A DNA stretch of 64,000 nucleotides, taken from assembly GCA_014584605.1 (NCBI GenBank), contig JACTMO010000053.1, positions 25,792 through 89,791 on the forward strand, read 5' to 3'. Position 1 is the first letter of the stretch, and every line of letters starts with the position of its first letter. A program made the position numbers and the translations under genes. The notes beneath the pieces are model-generated. The model made no database searches. It saw only the letters and a program-made list of their open reading frames with translations, and was not told the DNA's origin. The DNA comes from Bacteroidota bacterium (lineage in GTDB: Bacteria > Bacteroidota > Bacteroidia > Flavobacteriales_F > PHOS-HE28). Below, in pieces: positions 18,228 through 26,923 of this stretch.

Positions 18228-18472
18228 GGGGATGCAAAAAGGGCCGCAAAGGTAATCCCATCCGGCAGGGGTCTCCGGAAGGCGACGGCATCAGGACCCG
18301 TCCGGTTCGACCCGATCGCGGAGCATTTCGCTTAATTTACTGAGGTTCAACGAATTATATCATTTTATAGGGCGCCGTCCAGATCGCGCCAGGATCACCG
18401 AACGAGCACGGTTAATAGGTGCACCACTACCCCGGGGCCTCGAACGCGGCAAACGCGAGAAAAACGACCTTA

Positions 18473-19402
18473 TCAGCGAGCCGACTTCCTGAAGAGGTAC
18501 AACGAGCTGGATGTTGGTCGCTCCGTGAACGCGCTCTTTAAGTTGGACCATGCGCCCAAGAGCACACCGCGCAGCAGGGCCATCACCGGGCCGTGGCCGC
18601 GATAGCGTTCGCTGAGCATGGCGATGTAAGGTGCGTCCAGCCACATGCGTCGCATCGCGACGAGCTCGAATCCATGGGACGACACCAGCCGGAGCATGTC
18701 GCTTCGACGGAAATGCGAGAGGTGGCGCGGTACGTCGTAGGCGGCCCAGTCCGGGCCGTAGTACGCCGCATCCCAGCTGTCGCGATCGGGCACCGCGATC
18801 AGCAGCAGGGCTTGATCGGCCGAGAGCGCATAGAGCCGCTTCAGGGTGCCGCGCAGGTCGGGCAGATGCTCGAGCACATGCCAGAGCGTGACCACATGGA
18901 ACTGTTCGAGCCCGGGTACCAGGTCCAGGCTCGGCACGACCGGGATCGCGTGGTGGGCGATGGCTTGTTCGCGGGCCTTGAGAGCAGGCTCCACCCCGGT
19001 AACGAGATAGCCTTTGCGCTTGAGGTGCCCGAGGAATTCGCCGGTACCGCAACCCACATCGAGCACACGACCATGGGGTCGGTGCTGGGCGACCAGGGCG
19101 TGTTTGCGGTTCAAGGCCCAGCGTCGGGCCAGCTTGTAAAGGCGGTCGCCGAGGGAGCGGCTGCTGTTGCTGTGGCTGATGTAGTCGTCGCTCTCGTAGT
19201 AGCGACCGAGCGCCTGGGCGGCGGGGCGGGGAGAGGTGGAACGAAAGCCGCAGCTGGCGCAGTCCACCAGCTGGAAGCGCTCATGCGAAACGGTGTGGTC
19301 CTCCACCTCGAGCGAGGGCCGTAGATGTTCCGCCTCGCAGAGAGGGCATTGGACCAGGGATTCCAGGCCAGGCGGTTCCACGTGGAACGATCGGTCGTTC
19401 AT
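18473..19402 (-). CDS. Class I SAM-dependent methyltransferase
   Basis: 309 aa. Motif I ([11 protein letters not shown]) and post-I acidic residue. N-terminal Cys pairs (CPLCEAE...CASCGF) suggest a zinc ribbon. Overlaps the mnmG stop by 4 bp. Confidence 0.7.
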   Translation of the reverse strand: MNDRSFHVEPPGLESLVQCPLCEAEHLRPSLEVEDHTVSHERFQLVDCASCGFRSTSPRPAAQALGRYYESDDYISHSNSSRSLGDRLYKLARRWALNRKHALVAQHRPHGRVLDVGCGTGEFLGHLKRKGYLVTGVEPALKAREQAIAHHAIPVVPSLDLVPGLEQFHVVTLWHVLEHLPDLRGTLKRLYALSADQALLLIAVPDRDSWDAAYYGPDWAAYDVPRHLSHFRRSDMLRLVSSHGFELVAMRRMWLDAPYIAMLSERYRGHGPVMALLRGVLLGAWSNLKSAFTERPTSSSLYLFRKSAR

Positions 19403-21279
19403 CGGCCCATGTAAACGAGCAGGACGCTGATATCGGCGGGAGAGACTCCGCTGATCCGGCTGGCCTGTCCCAGAGTGGTGGGCCTGACCCGGTCCAGCTT
19501 CTGCCGCGCCTCGATGCTCAGCGAACTGAGTTTGTTGTAATCCAGGTCCACATCGAGGGGAACGTGCTCCAGTCGGCTGAGGCGTGAGGCCAAGTCGCGT
19601 TCACGCTCCAGATAGCCCTCGTACTTCACCTGGATCTCCACTTGTTCGATGGCCTCCTCGGCCAGATCTCCTGCCTGGTTGCGCCATTCGGAACGCTGTT
19701 CGAACAGGGGCTCCAGGTCGGCGAAGGTGAGCTGGGGTCGGGCGAGCAGGTCGAACAGGCGTGTGCGTTGTTTCACCGCCGTGGTTCCACGTGGAACGAT
19801 CACGGCGTTGGCGTCTTCCGCCGCAGGGCTTTCGGCCTTGAGCCCGGCCACCAAGGCCTTGCTGAGCCGCTGTTTGTGTTCCACCCGCCGCATGCGCGCG
19901 TCGTCGGCCAGGCCGAGCGCGTGGCTCCGGGGGGTGAGCCGCAGGTCGGCATTGTCCTGGCGCAGCAGGATGCGGAACTCGGCCCGGCTGGTGAACATGC
20001 GGTAGGGTTCCTCGGTGCCCTTGGTGATCAGATCGTCCACCAGCACGCCGATGTAGGCCTCATCCCGGCCCAGCACAAAGGGGTCCGTTCCCCGCACCTT
20101 CAAGTGTGCATTGATGCCCGCCATCAAACCCTGGCAGGCGGCCTCTTCGTAGCCGGTGGTGCCGTTGATCTGCCCGGCGAAGTAGAGCCCGTCCACCAGT
20201 TTGGTCTCCAGGCTGTGCCGCAGCTGGGTGGGGGGAAAATAGTCGTATTCCACGGCATACCCGGGTCGGAACATCCGTGCGTGGGCAAAGCCCGGGATCT
20301 TGCGCAAAGCGGCCAGCTGCACCTCTTCGGGCAGGCTGGTGCTGAAACCGTTGATGTAGGTCTCCACCGTATCCCAGCCCTCCGGCTCCACGAAGATCTG
20401 GTGTCGGTCCTTGTCGGCGAAGCGGTCGATCTTGTCCTCGATGCTCGGGCAATAGCGGGGGCCGATGCCCTGGATACGCCCGTTGAACATGGGGCTCCGG
20501 TCGAAGCCCGTGCGCAGGATGTCGTGCACCTCGGGGCTGGTGTAGGTCATCCAGCAGCTCAACTGCCGCTCCAGCGGTCGGGTGGCGGTGGAGTAGCTGA
20601 ACTTGCCCGGTCGCTCATCCCCGGGCTGTTCCTCCATGGCCCGGTGGTCGATGCTTCGGCCGTCCACCCGGGGGGGGGTGCCGGTCTTCATCCGCCCCGC
20701 CTCGAAGCCCAGCCCCACCAACTGCTCGGTGATGCCGTGGCTGGCCTTCTCGCCGGCGCGTCCACCCCCGATCTGGCGCTCACCGATGTGCATCACCCCG
20801 TTCATGAAGGTGCCGCTGGTGAGCACCACGGCCCGGCAGGGGATCCGCATGCCCAGCCCGGTGACCACACCCGCCACACGACCAGCCTCCAGGAGTATCC
20901 GGGTCACCGTATCCTGCCAGAAATGGACGTTGGGGGTTTGCTCCAGCAGGCGGCGCCATTCGGCCGCGAAGCGGTTGCGGTCGTTCTGGGTGCGGGGGCT
21001 CCACATGGCGGGGCCCTTGCTGCGGTTCAGCATGCGGAACTGCACGGCGCTGCGGTCGCTGACGATGCCGCTGTAGCCTCCCAGCGCATCGATCTCCCGC
21101 ACGATCTGCCCCTTGGCCACACCGCCCATGGCGGGGTTGCAGCTCATCTGCCCGATCACCCCCATGTTCATGGTCACCAGCAACACGCGCGAGCCCAGGT
21201 TGGCCGCTGCGGCAGCGGCCTCACAGCCGGCGTGCCCGCCACCCACCACCACCACGTCGTAGCCTTCGGTCCAGCTCAC
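19399..21279 (-). CDS. mnmG: tRNA uridine-5-carboxymethylaminomethyl modification enzyme MnmG (GidA)
   Basis: 626 aa. FAD-binding motif ([16 protein letters not shown]). Conserved MnmG motifs ([26 protein letters not shown]). Apparent GTG start. Confidence 0.95.
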   Translation of the reverse strand: MSWTEGYDVVVVGGGHAGCEAAAAAANLGSRVLLVTMNMGVIGQMSCNPAMGGVAKGQIVREIDALGGYSGIVSDRSAVQFRMLNRSKGPAMWSPRTQNDRNRFAAEWRRLLEQTPNVHFWQDTVTRILLEAGRVAGVVTGLGMRIPCRAVVLTSGTFMNGVMHIGERQIGGGRAGEKASHGITEQLVGLGFEAGRMKTGTPPRVDGRSIDHRAMEEQPGDERPGKFSYSTATRPLERQLSCWMTYTSPEVHDILRTGFDRSPMFNGRIQGIGPRYCPSIEDKIDRFADKDRHQIFVEPEGWDTVETYINGFSTSLPEEVQLAALRKIPGFAHARMFRPGYAVEYDYFPPTQLRHSLETKLVDGLYFAGQINGTTGYEEAACQGLMAGINAHLKVRGTDPFVLGRDEAYIGVLVDDLITKGTEEPYRMFTSRAEFRILLRQDNADLRLTPRSHALGLADDARMRRVEHKQRLSKALVAGLKAESPAAEDANAVIVPRGTTAVKQRTRLFDLLARPQLTFADLEPLFEQRSEWRNQAGDLAEEAIEQVEIQVKYEGYLERERDLASRLSRLEHVPLDVDLDYNKLSSLSIEARQKLDRVRPTTLGQASRISGVSPADISVLLVYMGR

Positions 21280-21280
21280 G

Positions 21281-21334
21281 GTTCGATCGTGGAAAACCCG
21301 GTGTGTTCCACGTGGAACGATCGTGGAAAACCGA
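21281..21334. repeat. Direct repeat GATCGTGGAAAACC(C/G) flanking the palindrome GTTCCACGTGGAAC, immediately upstream of the mnmG start
   Basis: Sequence read directly: gttcGATCGTGGAAAACCcggtgtGTTCCACGTGGAACGATCGTGGAAAACCgaagg. The 18-mer GTTCCACGTGGAACGATC recurs exactly at 19375-19392 and 19784-19801. Confidence 0.5.
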
Positions 21335-21396
21335 AGGAGGACGGTTGGTCGAACACCGTTGTGCGGGACGTGGTCATGGGGTGTCCAGCCGGTGGA

Positions 21397-21930
21397 TCAA
21401 CGGCTGTGGTAGAAGATGAGGCTGGCTTTGGCCAGGGTGTTCGCCCAGAGGTTGAAGCTCACCATGGCAGGGCCGGCCTGGGCGTCCAGCCCAAGACGTT
21501 CCACGCCCAAGGCAAACACGGTGATCACGTACCGATGAGTTCCATGCCCCGGGGGCGGGCAGGGTCCACCATACCCCGGTTCGCCGTAGTCGTTGCGGAC
21601 CTGTATGGCCGAGGCGGGCAGGTCCGTGCTGTCGGGGCTTCCGGCCCCGGTGGGCAGGGTGTTGGTGGTGGCGGGCAGATCGAAGACCACCCAGTGCCAC
21701 CACCCGCTGTCGGTGGGCGCATCCGGGTCGTGGATGGTCACCGCAAAGCTCTTGGTACCGGCCGGGGCGTTGGCCCAGCTGAGTTGTGGGCTCAGGTTCC
21801 GGCCGTTGCAGCCCGACCCGTGGTACAGGTGCGGTTCGGTGGCCTGGCCGCCGAGGTCTGCGCTGCTGAGGGTGAAGGTCGGTTGCGGGGTGGGGGACTT
21901 CGCGGGTGGGTTGGCCGGTGGGGCGGGCAT
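21397..21930 (-). CDS. YbhB/YbcL-family PEBP (phosphatidylethanolamine-binding protein-like)
   Basis: PEBP/YbhB motifs (LSPQLSWANAPAGTKSFAVTIHDPDAP...GYGGPCPPPGHGTHRYVITVFAL). Start taken at internal M58; the upstream in-frame part looks non-coding. Confidence 0.65.
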   Translation of the reverse strand: MPAPPANPPAKSPTPQPTFTLSSADLGGQATEPHLYHGSGCNGRNLSPQLSWANAPAGTKSFAVTIHDPDAPTDSGWWHWVVFDLPATTNTLPTGAGSPDSTDLPASAIQVRNDYGEPGYGGPCPPPGHGTHRYVITVFALGVERLGLDAQAGPAMVSFNLWANTLAKASLIFYHSR

Positions 21931-21995
21931 GGTCGGCGAATGGATCCCCGAAGGTAAACCGTCCGGCCCGAGCGTACCGGAGCCAAGAGGGGCGT

Positions 21996-22055
21996 TGGCG
22001 GAATGAAGCCCCCTCCTGTCCGGCAGAACCCTCCGCCGGACCTGGCAAGGAGGGG
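21996..22055. repeat. Dispersed copy of the B-type hairpin repeat (same family as the elements at 50793-51870)
   Basis: gaatgaagccccctcctgtccggcagaaccctccgccggacctggcaaggagggg. Shares the outer CCCCTCCT/AGGAGGGG arms and inner TCCGGCGGA/TCCGCCGGA arms. Lies in the PEBP-ade intergenic region. Confidence 0.5.
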
Positions 22056-22078
22056 CCGGGATGGGACCCCGGCGTGCA

Positions 22079-23716
22079 TCACAGGATCTCCGCAGGGTCA
22101 TCGACCAGGCGGAAGCTGTCGCCGTCGAAGAGGCCCCGGTCGCTCAGCTTCAGGTGGGGGATCACCAGCAGCGCCATGAAGCTCAGCGTCATGTACGGCG
22201 CAGCGAGGGTGCTGCCGAGTTCCCGGGCCTCGCGGTCCAGCTCGGCGTAGGCGTCGGCCACGGTCCAGGCGTCCGCATCGGTCATGATGCCGGCCACGGG
22301 CAGGGGCAGCACACGGTGGTGGGCACCGTCGGCGAGACTGATGCCGCCCTGGTGCGCGATCACCTGGTTGATGGCGGCACAGAGGTCGTGGTCGTTGGTG
22401 CCCACGGCCACGATGTTGTGGCTGTCGTGGGCCACGCTGCCGGCGATGGCACCGCGCTTGAGCCCGAAGTTGGTGACCCAGGCCACCGCCGGGGGAGCAT
22501 CGCCGTAGCGGTTCACCACGGCGATCTTCAGCAGGTCCTTGGCCGTGTCGGTCACGCATCGACCTTCGACCACGGTGGGGGGCATCCAGCGTTTTCGCGT
22601 GATCAGCTGGCCGTCCAGGACCTCGATCACCAGCAGGTCGCTGGCGCAGGCCGCCACTGCGAAGTCCTCGGGCCGCTTGGCCGTGCAACGGAAGTGGTTG
22701 GGCCGGTCGGCGGGCACGCGGGCAATGAGGCTCCGGCCCTGTTCGGCCACCAGCTGCCCGCGCACCCAGGTGCGTTGTACGCGGAAGTCCGTCAGGTCCT
22801 GCACCTGGATGAGGTCGGCGCCATCGCCGGGGCGCAGCAGGCCCACCGGCATGCGGTAGTGCTCCACGGGGTTGATGCAGGCCGCGCGCAGCACCTGGAA
22901 CACATCGTGGCCCAGGGCCACCGCGCGTGCGCACAGCCGGTCGATGTGACCGGCCACCAGGCTGTCCGGATGTTTGTCGTCGCTGCAGAACATGAGCCTG
23001 GGCGCATGGTCGTGCAGCAGGCCGATCAGCGCCTCGAAGTTCCGGGCGGCGCTGCCTTCGCGCACCAGGATCTTCATGCCGCAGGCCAGCTTGTCCAGCG
23101 CCTCCTCGCGGGTGACGCATTCGTGGTCGGTGCTGATGCCGGCGGCGATGTAGCGCCGGGCCAGCTCACCGCGCAGGCCGGGGGCGTGGCCGTCCACAGG
23201 CTTGCCCAGGCGGTGGGCGTGCGCGATCGCGGCCATCACGCCGGGGTCGCCGTTGAGCACCCCGGGGAAGTTCATCATCTCGGCCAGGTAGCCGATGTCG
23301 GGATCGGCCAGCAGGTTCCCGATCGCCTCCGCGTCGATGCGGGCGCCGGCGGTCTCGAAGGGCGTGGCCGGCACGCAGCTCGGTGCGCCGAAGTGGAAAT
23401 GAAAGGGCACACGCTTGCCGTTGGCGATCATGTACGCCACGCCTTCCGTGCCCAGCACGTTGGCGATCTCGTGCGGGTCGCTCACGGTGGCCACGGTGCC
23501 GTGCACCACCGCCACCCGGGCGAACTCCGAGGGGATGAGCATGCTGCTCTCCACGTGCACATGGGCATCCACGAAGCCCGGCAGCAGGTAGCCCTCCACC
23601 GGCCCGGGCAGCTCGGTGATCGCCGCGATGCGCCCTTCCGCCACGCGCAGCTCCACCGGCACGATGCGCCGTGCGGGGATGTCCACCAGGTTGCCGCGGA
23701 CGGTGAGCTCGGACAT
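22079..23716 (-). CDS. ade: Adenine deaminase
   Basis: 545 aa. Amidohydrolase metal-binding motifs (GFVDAHVHVESS, HECV...). Global similarity to Ade (adenine deaminase). Confidence 0.9.
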   Translation of the reverse strand: MSELTVRGNLVDIPARRIVPVELRVAEGRIAAITELPGPVEGYLLPGFVDAHVHVESSMLIPSEFARVAVVHGTVATVSDPHEIANVLGTEGVAYMIANGKRVPFHFHFGAPSCVPATPFETAGARIDAEAIGNLLADPDIGYLAEMMNFPGVLNGDPGVMAAIAHAHRLGKPVDGHAPGLRGELARRYIAAGISTDHECVTREEALDKLACGMKILVREGSAARNFEALIGLLHDHAPRLMFCSDDKHPDSLVAGHIDRLCARAVALGHDVFQVLRAACINPVEHYRMPVGLLRPGDGADLIQVQDLTDFRVQRTWVRGQLVAEQGRSLIARVPADRPNHFRCTAKRPEDFAVAACASDLLVIEVLDGQLITRKRWMPPTVVEGRCVTDTAKDLLKIAVVNRYGDAPPAVAWVTNFGLKRGAIAGSVAHDSHNIVAVGTNDHDLCAAINQVIAHQGGISLADGAHHRVLPLPVAGIMTDADAWTVADAYAELDREARELGSTLAAPYMTLSFMALLVIPHLKLSDRGLFDGDSFRLVDDPAEIL

Positions 23717-23754
23717 GGGGCCAAGGTATCCCGGAACGGGGTGGGTAAGTTCGC

Positions 23755-25878
23755 GTGGTACAGGCGGTGCATCTGCTGCCCGTGGGGGGCGTGGCGGACG
23801 ACCCCATGCGGTACAAGCGGATCCAATACCGCTACGACCTGATCAGCGGCAAGGTGCGGGAGGTGAAGTACCAGGAGGGGCACCACGACCAGTTCTTCCA
23901 CCGGTACGGGTACGATGCGGACAACCGGATCACCAAGGCGGAGACGAGCCTGGACGGCAGCCTGTGGCACACCGACGCGGAGTACTTCTACTACCCGCAC
24001 GGCCCGCTGCAACGGGTGGAACTGGGCGAGCAGAAGGTGCAAGGCATGGACCATGCCTACACCCTGCAGGGCTGGCTGAAGGGCATCAACAGCGAGCTGC
24101 TGACCCCGGAGAACGACATGGGTCTGGATGGCGTGGTGGGAGGCGGGAATGCCAACGAACTCGTGGGCCGGGATGCCTATGGCCTGAGCCTCACGTATCA
24201 TGGCAACGACTATCGCGCCATCGACAATGCCCGCTGGGACAATACCAATGCCCACCGGCCCTTTGCCCCGCAAGCGTGGACCACGCCGGACTGGCATCCG
24301 CTCTACAACGGGAACATCGCCGGCACGGTGCACAGCCTGCAGCCCTTCGGGGTGGGCGGCTGGCAGGGCACGGCGGGCGAAGTGGGGCAGGCGCTGGCGG
24401 GGCTGTACCGTTACGACCAGCTGAACCGCCTCCGCGAGATGCGCACCCGCGCCGGGCTTGACGATGCGACGAACGATTGGACCACACTGCCCACGCCCAC
24501 CGGGCCGGATGCCGAGAAGTACCGCAGCAGCTACACCTACGACGCCAACGGCAACATCCGCACGGCCGACCGCTGGGACCAGGCCGGAGCGCCCTACGAC
24601 GCGCTGGCGTACGGCTACAAGGAAGCCTCCGGGGCCAAACTGCTGCGCAACCGCCTGTACCAGGTGGACGACCTGGCCGACCCGACCAACGCGCTGGTGA
24701 ACGCCGGCCCCGGGGAGCAGGCCGTGGACATCCTCCACACGGGGCCCACGGGCTTCGATCCGCAGGACCAGAACATCGAGACGGCCTACAACTACCGCTA
24801 CGACCAGCTGGGCAACCTGACCCACGACGTGGCGGCGCACATCGACGCCATCGCGTGGACGGCGGCGGGAAAAGTGAGCACTGTGGACCACGCCGCGGGC
24901 CAGGGTCCCGACCTGGCGTTCGGGTACGGGGAGGGCGGGCATCGCATCAGCAAGCAGGTGGGCGGCACGGTGGGCGACCCGGGCACCTACAGGGAGCATT
25001 ACATTCGGGATGCGCAAGGGAACCTCATGGCCACCTACCGGCTGCACCCCAACGGGGCCTTCCGCGTGCAGGAGCGGCCCATCTACGGCAGCAGCCGGGT
25101 GGGCCTTTACGCGGGCAAGGTGGACCTGTACCCGGCCACGCAGCTGGTGCCCATGCCGCAGGTGATCCCGGTGTTCGATGCCTTGCTGCGCTACGAGCTC
25201 ACCGACCACTTGGGCAACGTGGCGGCCGTGGTGACAGGCCGGTTGTTACCGGGTGATGGCGCCCCGCACGAGGCGGAGGTGATCAGCGCGCAGGGGTATG
25301 AACCGTTCGGTTCCCTGTTGCCCGGACGCAACTACAGCAGCGACGCGTATAGGTTCGGGTTCCAGGGGCAGGAGAAGGACAACGAGGTCTATGGAAGCGA
25401 AGGCACCAGCTACGCCTTGGACTACCGCATGCACGATGCCAGGGTCGGAAGGTTCCTGAGCATCGATCCGCTGGCGTTCCTGTTCCCTTGGAATTCACCC
25501 TATGCCTTCAGCGAGAATCGCGTCTTGGACACGGTGGAACTTGAAGGATCGGAAGCGGTACCGACCCCGGACAAGGCAGAAGACCCCAAGTGGGGCCTTC
25601 CTGATGGAGGTGAAGGCTGGACGGAGGGGGGCTCATACGACGACGGGAACGGCTTTTCTTTCAAGAGCTTCAAAGGGCCACGACCGGATCCCGGTGCTGG
25701 GGAGCCCTCGTCTTCGCCTTCTGCGGGGAATGCGCCAAGTCTGTTCCCCAGCGGAAAGCCACCCATTCCTAAGCCCGGGGGAGGCGGAGGCTTCGTGGGC
25801 TGGCGATCTCACAAGGGAGGCCGAACTTTTCATTCAACTACACGCCGCCATCGTCGCCGTTCAACAACCCTTGGATGA
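23755..25878 (+). CDS. Rhs/YD-repeat protein, N-terminally truncated, with RHS repeat-associated core and a short divergent C-terminal tip
   Basis: 707 aa. YD repeats (YTYDANGNI, YRYDQLGNL). RHS core motif (DPLAFLFPWNSPYAFSENRVLDTVELEG). The frame is closed immediately upstream (39 bp from the divergent ade start), so no N-terminal domain is present. The last ~380 bp drop in GC. Confidence 0.75.
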   Translation: MVQAVHLLPVGGVADDPMRYKRIQYRYDLISGKVREVKYQEGHHDQFFHRYGYDADNRITKAETSLDGSLWHTDAEYFYYPHGPLQRVELGEQKVQGMDHAYTLQGWLKGINSELLTPENDMGLDGVVGGGNANELVGRDAYGLSLTYHGNDYRAIDNARWDNTNAHRPFAPQAWTTPDWHPLYNGNIAGTVHSLQPFGVGGWQGTAGEVGQALAGLYRYDQLNRLREMRTRAGLDDATNDWTTLPTPTGPDAEKYRSSYTYDANGNIRTADRWDQAGAPYDALAYGYKEASGAKLLRNRLYQVDDLADPTNALVNAGPGEQAVDILHTGPTGFDPQDQNIETAYNYRYDQLGNLTHDVAAHIDAIAWTAAGKVSTVDHAAGQGPDLAFGYGEGGHRISKQVGGTVGDPGTYREHYIRDAQGNLMATYRLHPNGAFRVQERPIYGSSRVGLYAGKVDLYPATQLVPMPQVIPVFDALLRYELTDHLGNVAAVVTGRLLPGDGAPHEAEVISAQGYEPFGSLLPGRNYSSDAYRFGFQGQEKDNEVYGSEGTSYALDYRMHDARVGRFLSIDPLAFLFPWNSPYAFSENRVLDTVELEGSEAVPTPDKAEDPKWGLPDGGEGWTEGGSYDDGNGFSFKSFKGPRPDPGAGEPSSSPSAGNAPSLFPSGKPPIPKPGGGGGFVGWRSHKGGRTFHSTTRRHRRRSTTLG

Positions 25879-26111
25879 GTGGAGCTAACGATGTGAACAC
25901 AGGAATTGGGATAGGCACCGGAGTGGGGAGGCATGTTTGGATACGTCTCAAAACCGGCCCCCCTCAGGTATGCCAGGAACGTCAATGGTGTAACACGTTC
26001 GGCCCCTGTTCTAACGCGAGCGCATACGATCACATCCCTTCGTGCTGCTGCGAAACTGTCGCGGCTGAATGTGATCACCTCAGTACTTGGCACGGGATAC
26101 ACGTTTGGTAA
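25875..26111 (+). CDS. Small Cys-rich ORF overlapping the Rhs stop (candidate immunity or orphan protein)
   Basis: 78 aa (…CQERQWCNTFGPCSNASAYDHIPSCCCETVAAECDHL…). ATGA overlap with the Rhs stop. Lies in the local low-GC (~50%) island at 25880-26170. Confidence 0.25.
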   Translation: MSGANDVNTGIGIGTGVGRHVWIRLKTGPPQVCQERQWCNTFGPCSNASAYDHIPSCCCETVAAECDHLSTWHGIHVW

Positions 26112-26170
26112 GATCAACCGCGATTATCAACGTGGGGGCTGGAACAATATCAGCAACTGGGATCTATTGG

Positions 26171-26920
26171 ATGCTGCCCTTGGTGGCCTTGGCGGCCTCC
26201 CTGCTCACGTTCGTGAGCGGCTTCGGGCTGGGCACCCTGCTGCTGCCGGCCTTCGCGCTCTTCCTGCCGTTGCCGCAGGCCGTGGCGCTCACCGCGGTGG
26301 TGCATCTGCTGAACAACGTCTTCAAGTTCACGCTGCTGCGCCCCCACGTGCACCGGCCCACCCTGCTGGCCTTCGGGCTGCCGGCCATCGCCGGCGCCTT
26401 CCTGGGGGCCTGGCTGCTGGGGCGGCTGGGCACGCTGGAACCCCTCTACCACGGCGCCCGCCACGCGGTGGGGCCCTTGCAGGTCACCATCGCCCTGCTG
26501 ATGGCGCTCTTCGCCCTGCTGGAGCTATCGCCTGCGCTCAAGGGCCTGCGCTTCGATGCGCGCTGGCGCACCGTGGGCGGGCTGGTCAGTGGCCTCTTCG
26601 GCGGGCTCAGCGGCCACCAGGGGGCGCTGCGCAGCATGTTCCTCGTACACGGGGGGCTGACCCCGGAGGGTTACGTGGCCACGGGCACGGCGATCGCCCT
26701 GTTGGTGGACCTGGCGCGCATCCCGGTGTACCTCGCGGCGCTGGACATCGCGGCGCTGCGCTTGCATGCGGGGCTGCTTGCGGTGTGCGTGCTCGCCGCC
26801 TTTGCTGGCGCATGGTGGGGACGCAAGCTGCTGCCCTCCCTCACGTACCGCGGGGTGCAGCTCGCCGTGGCGGTGCTGCTGCTGGCCATCGCCGCAGGCT
26901 TGCTGGCGGGGCTGATCTGA
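26171..26920 (+). CDS. TauE/SafE-family sulfite-exporter-like membrane protein (DUF81)
   Basis: ~249 aa. Multiple TM helices. Duplicated TauE motifs (LTFVSGFGLGTLLLP..., GLFGGLSGHQGALRSMFLV). Confidence 0.8.
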   Translation: MLPLVALAASLLTFVSGFGLGTLLLPAFALFLPLPQAVALTAVVHLLNNVFKFTLLRPHVHRPTLLAFGLPAIAGAFLGAWLLGRLGTLEPLYHGARHAVGPLQVTIALLMALFALLELSPALKGLRFDARWRTVGGLVSGLFGGLSGHQGALRSMFLVHGGLTPEGYVATGTAIALLVDLARIPVYLAALDIAALRLHAGLLAVCVLAAFAGAWWGRKLLPSLTYRGVQLAVAVLLLAIAAGLLAGLI

Positions 26921-26923
26921 GGC

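Noticed and set aside
18228-18472. AT-rich segment (…TTAATTTACTGAGGTTCAACGAATTATATCATTTTATAGG…) as a possible small RNA or promoter
   Set aside because: It contains a TATAAT-like hexamer upstream of the ALDH gene, but it is more than 100 nt from the start. It lacks a clear Bacteroidota -33 TTTG / -7 TAnnTTTG pair, and I cannot support a specific call from sequence alone.
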